Shown here piece after piece: positions 29,128-39,390 of a stretch of 53,097 bases of DNA. A model generated the notes under the pieces. The model was not told the origin of the DNA, did not search any database, and saw only the letters and a program-made list of their open reading frames with translations. Position numbers and translations under genes: made by a program. How positions within the stretch are numbered: the stretch's first letter is position 1; each line of letters starts with the position of its first letter. The stretch comes from an uncultured bacterium (GTDB lineage Bacteria > Hydrothermota > Tepidihabitantia > Tepidihabitantales > CAIPLT01). Where the stretch lies: assembly GCA_964473505.1 (NCBI GenBank), contig CAYYPG010000002.1, positions 1 to 53,097 of the forward strand, written 5' to 3'.

Positions 29128-29682
29128 TTAAATGTATTTATTGTGATATACAAACTTTTCTAAAGCCAATCTCGTTGGTCGTTGTTTTTCATCCCTGACT
29201 TGTTTTTCGGTTAAAACCGGTTTTATTATATCTGAATGCTTACCAATTATTATTAAAGTTATTACATTCATCTCTTCGGGAATATTAAGTACTTCTTTAA
29301 CTTTTTTCGGACTATATCCCGCAATAGGATGGGCTACTAAACCCAGTTCAGTTGCTCGAAGCATTAAAAAACCAACCGCCATACCACAGCCAAAAAGATA
29401 ATATTCTCTATCCCGAATAATACAATCAAACTCTTTTTTGCTAAAGACTGCTATCATCATTGAGGCATCATATGCCCATTCATTGCCTTGGTGTAAGGCG
29501 GTTTTCATCTGTTCCAACACTTTCTTGTCATAAACAAAGACAAATCGCCATGGTTGATTATTAAAACATGATGGTGCCAGTTGAGCAGATTTTGCTAAAT
29601 CTTCAATTAGTTCTTGGGTAATTGGCACGGAATCCAACGACCGATAGGCTCGACGCTTATTAATTGCTTCGATTACATCCAT
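29128..29682 (-). CDS. nitroreductase family protein
   Basis: 184-aa ORF with RRAYRS and APSCFNNQPWRF motifs typical of FMN nitroreductases. Confidence 0.75.
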   Translation of the reverse strand: MDVIEAINKRRAYRSLDSVPITQELIEDLAKSAQLAPSCFNNQPWRFVFVYDKKVLEQMKTALHQGNEWAYDASMMIAVFSKKEFDCIIRDREYYLFGCGMAVGFLMLRATELGLVAHPIAGYSPKKVKEVLNIPEEMNVITLIIIGKHSDIIKPVLTEKQVRDEKQRPTRLALEKFVYHNKYI

Positions 29683-29896
29683 TGCTTCCTCCTAATAATA
29701 ATAAATTTATATTTAAGCAATTTTCTATAACAAATTAATAACTCGAAAGAGTAAATACTTACATTTTAATTCGTTTTCTACAATTGATTGATATCGCCGA
29801 ATGACAAAATTTATCTGAGAGTTGCTTCTGACTAATCACAACAACTGAAAACTGATAAGACCAGTATTAAGCATTATAGTCTTGGCTATGAAGTTT

Positions 29897-30403
29897 CTAA
29901 TTATTAATGGTTTTGACTCGTTTAAGTCTATGCCGAATACCTGAAACTTGAGAAAAGAAAGTTGAAGATCCTATTGGTTTTGCCAAATCTGTTGGTAATA
30001 CAAAATTACCGGCTTGGTCAGTTTTAATTAATAGTCCATCTAAATTACCTGCGCCATAAGAATCCGTCGCACCGGTTATGATATACCCACCATCGGGTGT
30101 CTGCCGAATTGAACTACCAAAATCATCACCTGTGCCACCGATAGTCTTTTCCCATTGCATTGTGCCCGTGGAATTGGTTTTGATTAGCCAGACATTCTTA
30201 TTATCCGAATAGGTATAACCGGTAATGATATAACCGCCATCGGTTGTTTGCAGTCCCAAAAAGCCATAATCTTCATCGGTTTTATTAAAAGTTTTATCCC
30301 ACTGCCGACTACCTGTGGCTGATGTTTTGATTAACCAAACATCGGTATTTTCTGAATCATAAGAATAAGTGTAACCAGTTATTATATAGCCACCATCGGT
30401 TGT
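29897..30403 (-). CDS. in-frame continuation of the repeat protein after the TAG at 30404-30406
   Basis: The same frame carries three more DGGYIITG...WLIKT units directly after the stop. The track ORF 29897-30259 is only the part downstream of the first Met. This part also ends in TAG. Confidence 0.55.
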   Translation of the reverse strand, partial: TTDGGYIITGYTYSYDSENTDVWLIKTSATGSRQWDKTFNKTDEDYGFLGLQTTDGGYIITGYTYSDNKNVWLIKTNSTGTMQWEKTIGGTGDDFGSSIRQTPDGGYIITGATDSYGAGNLDGLLIKTDQAGNFVLPTDLAKPIGSSTFFSQVSGIRHRLKRVKTINN

Positions 30404-31744
30404 CTATTGGACAGAAAAGCCGTAATCTTCGTCTGCCTTATGATAAGTTCTGTTCCATTGCATATTTCCATTAGCGTCAGTCTTAATCAGCCAAACATCA
30501 ATATTATCATTGTCCCCAAAGTAAGTCCAGCCTGCGATAATATAACCACCATCAGATGTTCGTATAACTGCTTCACCGTAATCTTCCTCATTTTTATTAA
30601 AATTTTTGCTCCATTGCATGGTACCAACAGAATTAGTCTTAATCAACAAAAGGTCGATTCCGTTTAACCCAAGTGTTTCAATACTTCCAGTTAAAATGTA
30701 TCCGCCATCAGGCGTTTGTTGAACTGCTTTTCCATAATCGTCCATCGTTCCACCAAATGTTCTCCTCCATTGTTCATTACCTGATGAATCGATCTTGATC
30801 AACCAAATATCTGAGCCACCGGCACCATAAGATTCGGTTGTCCCAATAATAATATATCCCCGATCAGCAGTTTGTTCAACCGAATAACCATAATCATCAT
30901 ATTGTCCGCCAAAAGTTTTATACCACTGTTCAGCACCTAACGAATCAGTTTTGATTAGCCAAATATCCAAACCACCAGCACCGTAAGACTCGATTGTTCC
31001 AACCATGATGTATCCTCCATCGACTGTTGGTTGTACTGAATAACCAATGTCATCATCGCTAGCACCGAAGGTCTTTGTCCAAAGTAATACATTAGAAACT
31101 ATAATTTGGTGTGGATTTGACCAATTTGTAATTGCATTCTTAATATCTTTTGCTCTTGACTTTATTAAATAAATTCCTTCTGATGTCCAACTATGAGACA
31201 TAGTGCATGTTTGACCGCTTACAATAAAATTAGACCAATTAGAATAGATTCCATCGCCCCAATCAATTTGGTAAGCCACACTGTCATCATCAGGGTCAGT
31301 TGTTGAAGTGCGAAAATTACAGACCACACCAAGTTTTGCAGATGAAGGACCACTTGGCACTGAAGGAATATTGGGTAATTTATTTGCACGAATGGTAATT
31401 TGATGTTCATTTGACCAAGCAGAGACTTTTCCTTTTATATCCATTGCCCGAGCTTTAATTGTATAAGATTTAGCTTTTGACCAAGACTTAGACATTGTTA
31501 TGGAAATACCACTGGATATAAAGTCACTCCATGCTGAAGTGTTGCCATTTCCCCAATAAAATTGATAAGAAACATCATCGCCATTAGGGTCTGTAGTTGT
31601 CGTTGAGAAATTATAACTGCCATATTGATAACCAATTGTAGGCCCAGATGGGCTCAATGGAGGATTCGGTGCTTTATTTTTCTTGCAAGTGATGAACAAA
31701 ATTAATACACCTAATAATAAGGCGATTGACCTATATCGTTTCAT
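30404..31744 (-). CDS. lipoprotein with two PKD-like domains and DGGYI/WLIKTD repeat (beta-propeller-like) units; ends at an in-frame TAG
   Basis: Signal peptide plus lipobox-like LFITC. Two copies of the PKD-like SGP..G....Y.F...T.DP.GD.V.YQ..WGDG module, then at least five copies of T.DGGYI..G...S.G.G..D.WLIKTD..G..QW repeats. Confidence 0.7.
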   Translation of the reverse strand: MKRYRSIALLLGVLILFITCKKNKAPNPPLSPSGPTIGYQYGSYNFSTTTTDPNGDDVSYQFYWGNGNTSAWSDFISSGISITMSKSWSKAKSYTIKARAMDIKGKVSAWSNEHQITIRANKLPNIPSVPSGPSSAKLGVVCNFRTSTTDPDDDSVAYQIDWGDGIYSNWSNFIVSGQTCTMSHSWTSEGIYLIKSRAKDIKNAITNWSNPHQIIVSNVLLWTKTFGASDDDIGYSVQPTVDGGYIMVGTIESYGAGGLDIWLIKTDSLGAEQWYKTFGGQYDDYGYSVEQTADRGYIIIGTTESYGAGGSDIWLIKIDSSGNEQWRRTFGGTMDDYGKAVQQTPDGGYILTGSIETLGLNGIDLLLIKTNSVGTMQWSKNFNKNEEDYGEAVIRTSDGGYIIAGWTYFGDNDNIDVWLIKTDANGNMQWNRTYHKADEDYGFSVQ

Positions 31745-32076
31745 AATCTTCTCCTTTATAATGAATTAACGATTGAACTAAGTTAAACTCAAAAGAATTG
31801 GCTGTCAAGTTCGGAACACAACGAACTCTGAATATGTAAAATTTCTTTTAAGCATGTATGTATCAGAGAAAATTTTTGCGGTTTTGACATTACTGGTAAT
31901 GTGAAAATCAGGCGTGCAGATAATGACACCCAAGTATGTACAACAGGAAATATTTGCGGATTTGTCCGGGTTCTTGGGGGCACTCTTCTGATGTTCAATT
32001 TTAAGTTCTTGAACAAATATCTATACTCATATCTTAAATTAAAACCGAATAATCCCACAGAGGTATATGTTTTAGA

Positions 32077-32508
32077 TTAAGAAAGAAAAGGCCAATGCCG
32101 GGTAATCGTATAATGGTCGTTGGCTTTTTGATATTCAAATAAACCACTTACATTAATATTTTTCGTTAATGCCTTAACTTTGTCATAAAGTCCTTTAGGA
32201 TAGAATAGATAAAAAACCGGACATAAGGTAGCAAATTTTGCCCATTGTTGGGCTTCTTCTTCATTAACACTACTGAATGTTTCTACCTCGCCAATCATCA
32301 CCACTTTATTGTTCAAGGTATTGATGATAACAATATCCGGATAATATTCATTACCTTCAAAATCAGTTATAACTCTATTTCGTAATGGATGATTGACAAA
32401 TGTCATTAGGTGTGGTTGGGAGGGATTGGGATAATTATATAAACTCTTTTTGATAATATTGATTATCGTTTCATGTACAACCCGTTCCGGTAGTGGTCGT
32501 TCTTCCAT
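32077..32508 (-). CDS. hypothetical protein, possible PD-(D/E)xK-like fold
   Basis: 143-aa ORF. YPDIVII...VVMIGEVETFSS resembles the PD...EV.S core of Uma2/DUF820-type nucleases. The match is weak. Confidence 0.35.
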   Translation of the reverse strand: MEERPLPERVVHETIINIIKKSLYNYPNPSQPHLMTFVNHPLRNRVITDFEGNEYYPDIVIINTLNNKVVMIGEVETFSSVNEEEAQQWAKFATLCPVFYLFYPKGLYDKVKALTKNINVSGLFEYQKANDHYTITRHWPFLS

Positions 32509-32574
32509 TGCTTATCTGCTGCTAAAATTATTGGTGGCATAAGTCAAGAAGATAGACTCTGCCAATTTAAATTT

Positions 32575-33915
32575 TTAGTATTGAGTCTTACCCGTAAAAT
32601 TAAAATCTTTAATTAAAAGTGCTGGAGCAACAACTGATGCATTTTCGCCGGTTAGAAAGGTTTCTTTTGATATAGCAATAACTTGTTTTAGCGTTTCATA
32701 AATATTTATTGTATAACGCAGATTTTTTATCCCATACTGAATTTTACCGTTTTCCACCCAGAATGTCCCATCGCGAGTTAATCCGGTGATTAAAGTTCTA
32801 TCTGGGTCAACAACTCGCGTATACCAGAATCTGGTAATTAAGATCCCTTTATCTAACATCTTTATCATCTCATCCATTGATTTTGTTCCTGGCTTCACTA
32901 CTAAATTTGCTGGATACGGTCCATATGGATTGGGCTGTGGTAAAGCATGACCCGTATTAACTTTCTTAAGTTTATGAGCATAGAACGAATCAAAGACCAC
33001 ACCTTGGGCAATGCCCTTATCAATTAATATGACCTTTTTGCGGTCTACCCCTTCAAAATCGAAAGGAAGCGCTAAAGATTTTGGGTGTGCGTAATCATCA
33101 ATTATTGTGATATTCTCTCCTGTTATCAACTTACCCATTTTTTTGGAGATTATTGAGCGTTTTTCAGCAAATGCCTTTGCGCCAAATTCAAGCCAACCAA
33201 GGAACATAATAATCTCTGCAACTGCAAATGGTTCTAATAATACCCGATAAGTTCCCGATGCAACTTCTTTGGGATTTTTACTTAATAGAGCTTTTTCCGA
33301 GGCAATTTCGGCTAATCTTTCCCAATCTATATTACCAAATTTGTTATCCGCCGCAGCGGCAAATCCTGAACTGGTTTCGGTCATTGCGGTAACGGAAACA
33401 TAAGTATCAGTTCCGTACGCATATTTATTAATACCGAAACTGTTTCTAACTCCTAAACTATAGGTACTCGTATGAATCACACCGGCAACATCTAGGTTAT
33501 ATTTTTTAGCAACCTTAACAATTTTTCTTACCGCTGCTGCTCTTTGCTCTGGCGTGATAATTTCAATTGGCTCCCTACTGGGTTTGAATTTTTCTGGTTT
33601 AGACGGTTTCGGAAGGCTGACAAAATCTTTATTAGGCGGAGATTGCATGGCTAATTCCGCTGCTTTGCAAACCGCCATTTTTACGCCAGTCGGTGTCAAA
33701 TTACGTGTTGAAATACCTGCAATTCGCTTACCTTCAGATGAATCAATGATTACCCGAGTCCAAAGATACGGATTTTCTACGGTTATATTCTGATGAATTA
33801 TTGAATTAGCAAAACGGGTGGTGCCTCGCTGAACTGAAAAGATGCCGACTTCACTCATATCTAAAGGTGATAATGCGGCGGATAGTAATTCTTGAGTTTT
33901 ATGCTTATCAATCAT
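32575..33915 (-). CDS. pmbA: TldE/PmbA family metalloprotease subunit
   Basis: 446-aa ORF of the PmbA_TldD family, adjacent to tldD. Confidence 0.75.
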   Translation of the reverse strand: MIDKHKTQELLSAALSPLDMSEVGIFSVQRGTTRFANSIIHQNITVENPYLWTRVIIDSSEGKRIAGISTRNLTPTGVKMAVCKAAELAMQSPPNKDFVSLPKPSKPEKFKPSREPIEIITPEQRAAAVRKIVKVAKKYNLDVAGVIHTSTYSLGVRNSFGINKYAYGTDTYVSVTAMTETSSGFAAAADNKFGNIDWERLAEIASEKALLSKNPKEVASGTYRVLLEPFAVAEIIMFLGWLEFGAKAFAEKRSIISKKMGKLITGENITIIDDYAHPKSLALPFDFEGVDRKKVILIDKGIAQGVVFDSFYAHKLKKVNTGHALPQPNPYGPYPANLVVKPGTKSMDEMIKMLDKGILITRFWYTRVVDPDRTLITGLTRDGTFWVENGKIQYGIKNLRYTINIYETLKQVIAISKETFLTGENASVVAPALLIKDFNFTGKTQY

Positions 33916-34162
33916 AAAATTCTCCTATTCCTCCATTGCCACAGAAAACACTAAGATTACATGTATGTCCTGGCAAAATCGGGCTTATATTTTTTATGCT
34001 TTTTCTTTGAAGTTTTTATAGTAGATACTAAAGACTTGTTCGGTCGTATGAAATTTAATTGCTCCTGATATTCGATAAATTTACAGAAAAATATTTGGCC
34101 CAATCGGCCGAGTACACATTGAGTTTTTTTTATAAGTGTTTTCAATGGCATTTTTAATTGTG

Positions 34163-35623
34163 TTATTTCCCCAACCTGATGTTTCTAAATCGGGTTGGCG
34201 CTGCGCCGTGGCCAACTGTCATTGTTTGCATCGGGTCACCTTTACCACAATTCGGCACACCCCAAACTTCCCAGTAGTTCTCATTACAAATCGCATCGCA
34301 GTTGCGCCAAATTTCATATGAAATACCTGAATAAGAAGGACGTCTGATCATTTCGGTCTTTTTACCATTTTTGATTAACCAACCAATTTCTGCTGAAATA
34401 TGGTAATTCAGTCGCATATCATCAATGCTGGGTGAACCGGCAGACTCCAAATAAATGCCTTCTTCAGTATCGATAATTAAATCTTCTAATGTCCAACTAC
34501 CTGGTAAAAGATTAATATTGGTCATGCGGATAAGCGGAATCGAGGCCCAAGAATCGGCCCGCATTGCGCCATTGGAACTTTGATTGATAACTGGTGCAGT
34601 TTCGCGAGATGTCAAATACCCATTAAAAATTCCATCTTTTATCAAATAAGTTTTTTGGGCAGGCACGCCTTCATCATCAAAGCCAAAAGAACCAAGTCCA
34701 CCTTCAATTGTTGCATCAGCAGTAATATTAACAATCGGCGACCCCATTGGAAATTTATATAGCTTATCAATCGTTAAATGACTTTTGCCAGCCAAACTAA
34801 CTTCAGTACCCAGGACGCGGTCAAGTTCTGTCGGATGACCAATAGTTTCGTGAATTTGGATTGCAGTCATCGAACCGTCACAAATTACCGTAGTTGTAAT
34901 ATTAGGACATTCTCGCGCGGTTGTCAGGGCAACCGCTTCTTCGGCTACTCGCTGAGCATTCTCTAAAAAACGCTGGGATTCAATAAACTCATAACCCGCA
35001 GTCTTATAGTGCCCATGCATCCCCGGATACGAACGTTCACCTGTGATATTACCTTTGACTGCAGTTGCAGCAATAAATCCACCGGATTGATAAATCCATT
35101 GTTCAATGTAAGAATCGTCACTGGCACCAAAAATTTGAAATTTCTTATTAAAAGAAAGTTCGCTTTCGATCAAGGTGACTCCTTTTATCTTACGCATTAT
35201 CTCATACACTTGTAAAAGTAATGACAATTTTTCTTCCCAAGAAATCATAAAGGGGTCTTTAACAATTTTAGTTTTGTAGGTGCCGACGGTCTTTTCTTTG
35301 GCATCTAAAATTACATCTTGGGATTTTAAGGTTGACGATGCTTTAGCCACGCGGACGGCTAAGGCTGCGGTTTTCGCAATTTCGTCCTTATTTAATTTTG
35401 TAGTCGCAGCAAATCCCCAACAACCATGCGCAATTGTGCGAATACCAATACCAACATCTTCATCTCGCTTCAATACTTCACACCGGCCATTTTTCACAAA
35501 GATGTACTCTTCCTGTTTTCGAATTAATCGGACATCAACATAACTCGCACCTTTCATCTTTGCCATATTGAGCGCAACCGCAACTAAGTCTTTATCTATT
35601 CCCACAACTGACGAATGTTGCAT
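34163..35623 (-). CDS. tldD: TldD family metalloprotease
   Basis: 486-aa ORF carrying the HExxxH motif as HETIGHPTE, which is typical of TldD. Confidence 0.8.
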   Translation of the reverse strand: MQHSSVVGIDKDLVAVALNMAKMKGASYVDVRLIRKQEEYIFVKNGRCEVLKRDEDVGIGIRTIAHGCWGFAATTKLNKDEIAKTAALAVRVAKASSTLKSQDVILDAKEKTVGTYKTKIVKDPFMISWEEKLSLLLQVYEIMRKIKGVTLIESELSFNKKFQIFGASDDSYIEQWIYQSGGFIAATAVKGNITGERSYPGMHGHYKTAGYEFIESQRFLENAQRVAEEAVALTTARECPNITTTVICDGSMTAIQIHETIGHPTELDRVLGTEVSLAGKSHLTIDKLYKFPMGSPIVNITADATIEGGLGSFGFDDEGVPAQKTYLIKDGIFNGYLTSRETAPVINQSSNGAMRADSWASIPLIRMTNINLLPGSWTLEDLIIDTEEGIYLESAGSPSIDDMRLNYHISAEIGWLIKNGKKTEMIRRPSYSGISYEIWRNCDAICNENYWEVWGVPNCGKGDPMQTMTVGHGAAPTRFRNIRLGK

Positions 35624-35657
35624 AACGCCTCCTAAAAATATTAATCGATAGTCAACA

Positions 35658-36752
35658 TTATGATTTCAAAACTTCAGTTAATTCTTTAATCAATTTTTTA
35701 TTTTCGGCTATAGTTCCAATACTGATGCGTAATGCATTAGGGAAACCATATTCTTTTATCATTCGAGTAATCACTCGGCGTTGTTGCAGTGCTTCAAAAA
35801 TATCTTTAGAATCAGTTGCAAAATTAGTAAAGATAAAATTAGCATAAGTAGGTAAATAAAAGATTTTTAGTTTACTCAATTCCCGATACAAATACTTTTT
35901 ACCTTGTTCGTTAACTCGCCGGCTTCTTTTAATATGAGGTGTATCATCCAAAGCTGCAATAGCAGCGATTTGAGCTAATCGATTAACATTAAAGGGCGTG
36001 CGCACTTTCATCATACTACTAATAATCTCGGGTTTTGCAATACCATAGCCAATTCTTAATCCGGCTAAGCCATAAATCTTAGAGAAAGTTCTTAAAATTA
36101 AAACATTTTTACCTTCTTGAAGATATTTTAAGGAATTCGGATATTCTTTTTCCGTAATGTAATCATAATAAGCTTCATCAATAATTACTAAGACAAAATT
36201 AGGGACCTTATCCATAAACTCATCAAGTTCATCAGCCCAGATACAGGTTCCCAGAGGATTAATCGGATTATCAAGATAGATAATTTTAGTTTGAGCGGTG
36301 ATTTCCGATAGCATACGCGACAAATCGTGCCGATATTCTTTAAGGGGAATATCTTGAGTCATACTTCCAACCACCTCGGTACCTATTTTCGACATTAAGA
36401 AAGAGCCTGAACTACGCATTAATCGTTCATAAGGATTTAGGAAGGTTAGACAGGCGAAATAAATAAGTTCCACCGAACCATTGCCTAAGATGATATTATC
36501 CATACTGACATTATGTTTTTCTGCTAATTTTTGTTTCAGATAATATCCGTTATCGTCTGGATAGAGATGCATTTCTGTCAGATATTTTTTTATCGCATTC
36601 AAAGCTTTGGGTGAAACTCCTAAAGGGTTTTCGTTCGATGCCAATTTGATAATTTTGCCCACCAAATTTAATTCCCGGGCAACTTCTTCAATCGGTTTAC
36701 CAGGTTTATAGGGTTTTATTGCCGAAATATTTGATCTGGGTAAAAAACTCAT
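35658..36752 (-). CDS. hisC: histidinol-phosphate aminotransferase
   Basis: 364-aa class-II aminotransferase with KLASNENPLG and the PLP-lysine context RTFSKIYGLAGLRIGY. Confidence 0.85.
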   Translation of the reverse strand: MSFLPRSNISAIKPYKPGKPIEEVARELNLVGKIIKLASNENPLGVSPKALNAIKKYLTEMHLYPDDNGYYLKQKLAEKHNVSMDNIILGNGSVELIYFACLTFLNPYERLMRSSGSFLMSKIGTEVVGSMTQDIPLKEYRHDLSRMLSEITAQTKIIYLDNPINPLGTCIWADELDEFMDKVPNFVLVIIDEAYYDYITEKEYPNSLKYLQEGKNVLILRTFSKIYGLAGLRIGYGIAKPEIISSMMKVRTPFNVNRLAQIAAIAALDDTPHIKRSRRVNEQGKKYLYRELSKLKIFYLPTYANFIFTNFATDSKDIFEALQQRRVITRMIKEYGFPNALRISIGTIAENKKLIKELTEVLKS

Positions 36753-36875
36753 TCTTTGCCTCCTGTTTTTTTATTAAGCAAAAAACCAATCGACATTTTT
36801 GCCCTTTATAATCTTTGCAAGATCTATTCTTACTTTTTTAGTTCCATTTTTTGTTCATTAAAAATTCGACCAAAT

Positions 36876-37901
36876 TTATCCATTTGTTAGTCCTGATACT
36901 TGCGGTATTGATGACTCTGCTCTCTCTAATTGGATTGGTGGGGTAGCTCGTTTCATAAATAAAAATATAATACCACCGATAAATGCAAAGAGCAAATTCA
37001 AAATTAGAAAAAGACCACTAATTGCAGTGGCTTTTTCTTTTGCCACCCCCACTAAAGTATTAAAAATATAAACAAAACTATTCTCTCGAATTCCAAGCCC
37101 GCCAATTGAGATTGGAATCATCGTTATCACGCCGATTGCTGGAATATATAAAAAATAGTATAAGATCGATTTCTTTACTGAGATTCCAATTGCAATTATC
37201 CACCAAACCATAGCAATTGCACCTTGCACGACCAGGGAAAGAAAAAAACTCCATAAGAGTCTATTTTTAATTTGCCGATACTCTTTTATTTCTTGATAAG
37301 CTCGTTCAAATCGCTCTCCCAATCCAAAAATTTTTATATGGGAAAACATTTTCGAAAAGATCCGATGCACCTTATCGGAAAATAGGGCCAACAATACTAT
37401 TAACAAAAATATAAAACCGGCTAATTCTAAAAGCAAATAGTGATTGGTACCCATTTTCGTTAAGAACAGAACACCAGATGCTAAAGAAGCAAAAAAGAAA
37501 ATACCAATAAATCCGATAAAGCGGTCAACAAAGGCGGCGGCTAATGCGGGTGAAGTTCGATGTCGACCCGTGACGCAATCTTTTTGAGTTGTAAAGGCAA
37601 TACGAATAACATCGCCACCAATTGCGGTTGGTAAAATGTTATTAAAAAACCAAGACGCAAAATAGACTTTTAAGAGATAACCAAATGAAAATTTAAGGTC
37701 GCGGGCATCAAGTAAAATTTTCCACCGCCAGTTGCTAAGCACCAAAAAGATAAAACATAAAAAAATGCTGAGTAGATAGTAGTAAACATTGACCTGTTTC
37801 ATAATACTGTACGCTTCTTTAAAATTTACCTTTCGAATCAGATAAAAGAGCAAGATAACTGTGACGGCTATTTGCAATAATGAAAATAATCTTTTATTCA
37901 T
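36876..37901 (-). CDS. flippase-like / lysylphosphatidylglycerol-synthase TM-region family membrane protein (UPF0104)
   Basis: 341-aa polytopic ORF containing P.AIGGD..R. It is paired with a GT2 gene, which is common for this family. Confidence 0.6.
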   Translation of the reverse strand: MNKRLFSLLQIAVTVILLFYLIRKVNFKEAYSIMKQVNVYYYLLSIFLCFIFLVLSNWRWKILLDARDLKFSFGYLLKVYFASWFFNNILPTAIGGDVIRIAFTTQKDCVTGRHRTSPALAAAFVDRFIGFIGIFFFASLASGVLFLTKMGTNHYLLLELAGFIFLLIVLLALFSDKVHRIFSKMFSHIKIFGLGERFERAYQEIKEYRQIKNRLLWSFFLSLVVQGAIAMVWWIIAIGISVKKSILYYFLYIPAIGVITMIPISIGGLGIRENSFVYIFNTLVGVAKEKATAISGLFLILNLLFAFIGGIIFLFMKRATPPIQLERAESSIPQVSGLTNG

Positions 37902-38041
37902 TAAAATCTATTCGGGCTTCAGATAAAGATAATTGCGGCCATTACCCGGTAAACTAAATATAAAAATCTGAAAAGAATTATGTTTTTGAATTTTTGCCTG
38001 TCGCATCCATTTGATAGTGAGCTTCATGAGCAAAACGTTCC

Positions 38042-38980
38042 TTACATTTTCTCGGACCGCTTATGTTCAGAAAATCTTGAGTGCTGAATTTCTTTTTCAA
38101 TACGTTCCAAACGCTCAGAAATATGGGCAACCACTTCCGCGATAAATCCGAATCCAAAGATTAACAATCCAGCGAGAATGAGCAAGATTACCAAATATAA
38201 TAATGGCCTAAAGCCGTGGCCGAAAAATCGTAAAATCAGAGCAATGATGCCCACGGAAACTCCCAACATCATAATGATAAATCCGAACATTCCTAAATAA
38301 AACAATGGCTTACGCATTATGCGGATTTGAAAGCCTACAGCCAATAGGTCAAATAATCCTACAAAAACCCGAAACGGACTTTGATATTTGGGTTGACCAG
38401 CGTGCCGAGGAAAAATTTGAACTTTTATTTCGCGAATCTCATAACCCCTATCATGTGCCAAAGGAACAAGATAACGATGCCAGTCTTTGCGGAGCGCAAT
38501 AACTTCCCATAATAACTCTTTACGAAATGCTTTCATAGCATTCAAATCATGGACTTTTAAACCAAATATCTTTCGGGCTAAAAAATTATAAATGTTGGAT
38601 ACTCCGCGTTTTTCATATTTGCCTTGTTTCCATCCGACACACATATCAGCACCATTTTCTAATTCAGTAACAAACCTTGGAATATCTGTTGGCGCATATT
38701 GTAAATCCGCATCAAAAATAATTAAATATTCACCTCGGGCAGAACGAGCACCAGTTAAAATTGCTTCGGTCTTTCCTAAATTACGATTATGTCGCTTGAC
38801 AATTAAAAACTTATACACGGAAACCAGCTCAATCGCTTTCTTATAAGTTTCATCTACACTTCCATCATCAACCAAAATAACTTCATACTCAGAGGTAATA
38901 ACCGGCGACAACCTTTCAACGAGCGGAACAATATTCTCCTCTTCATTAAAAGCTGGAATAATAATCGAATACTTGATCAC
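38042..38980 (-). CDS. family 2 glycosyltransferase (polyprenol-phosphate sugar transferase-like) with C-terminal TM helices
   Basis: 312-aa ORF with YSIIIPAFNEE, VDDGSVDET and FDADLQY (DxD). Confidence 0.8.
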   Translation of the reverse strand: MIKYSIIIPAFNEEENIVPLVERLSPVITSEYEVILVDDGSVDETYKKAIELVSVYKFLIVKRHNRNLGKTEAILTGARSARGEYLIIFDADLQYAPTDIPRFVTELENGADMCVGWKQGKYEKRGVSNIYNFLARKIFGLKVHDLNAMKAFRKELLWEVIALRKDWHRYLVPLAHDRGYEIREIKVQIFPRHAGQPKYQSPFRVFVGLFDLLAVGFQIRIMRKPLFYLGMFGFIIMMLGVSVGIIALILRFFGHGFRPLLYLVILLILAGLLIFGFGFIAEVVAHISERLERIEKEIQHSRFSEHKRSEKM

Positions 38981-39319
38981 GCGTAAATTTTATAAAAATT
39001 AACCAAGATGTCAATAGAAAAAATAGAGGTTTTTCAAAGAACATTCTATATGTAGTGTTTTATAATAATACATACAATATATAGTGGTAAATATTTAATA
39101 TTAAGGGATTAAAAAACAGAATCTTTTCAGTGTGTATAGAATAAATAAATGGTTGTGCAGTTTGAAAATCCTCTTTTGTTTAAAAGTTTTTGTCTTTTTT
39201 CATTTGGAAGCAAACGAATTTATATATGAGGGCAAATAATGGTTATTGTTCATGAAGGAGCGTCAAAATTTTTATATATATTGATTCTTTCTTTCATAGA
39301 TGTACTCTTAATGGGTAAA

Positions 39320-39390
39320 CAAGGGAAAAGACGCATCGTTTTCTTTAACATATCGATACTGAACTTAAATAAAATATTTAGACACCACCT
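39320..39390 (+). repeat. B-family copy
   Basis: CAAGGGAAAAGACGCATCGTTTTCTTTAACATATCGATACTGAACTTAAATAAAATATTTAGACACCACC. A partial inverted B 5' piece (AGATGTACTCTTA) lies at 39296-39308. Confidence 0.55.

Noticed and set aside
30404-30406. Pyrrolysine decoding of the in-frame TAG.
   Set aside because: There are no pylT/pylS/pylBCD genes and no PYLIS-like context in the window. I keep it only as one untested option under the TAG finding.
31789-32058. The 89-aa ORF upstream of the PKD lipoprotein.
   Set aside because: It has no SD or family signal. The region more plausibly holds the lipoprotein promoter (TTGACA-17-TAACTT on the minus strand) and a hairpin.
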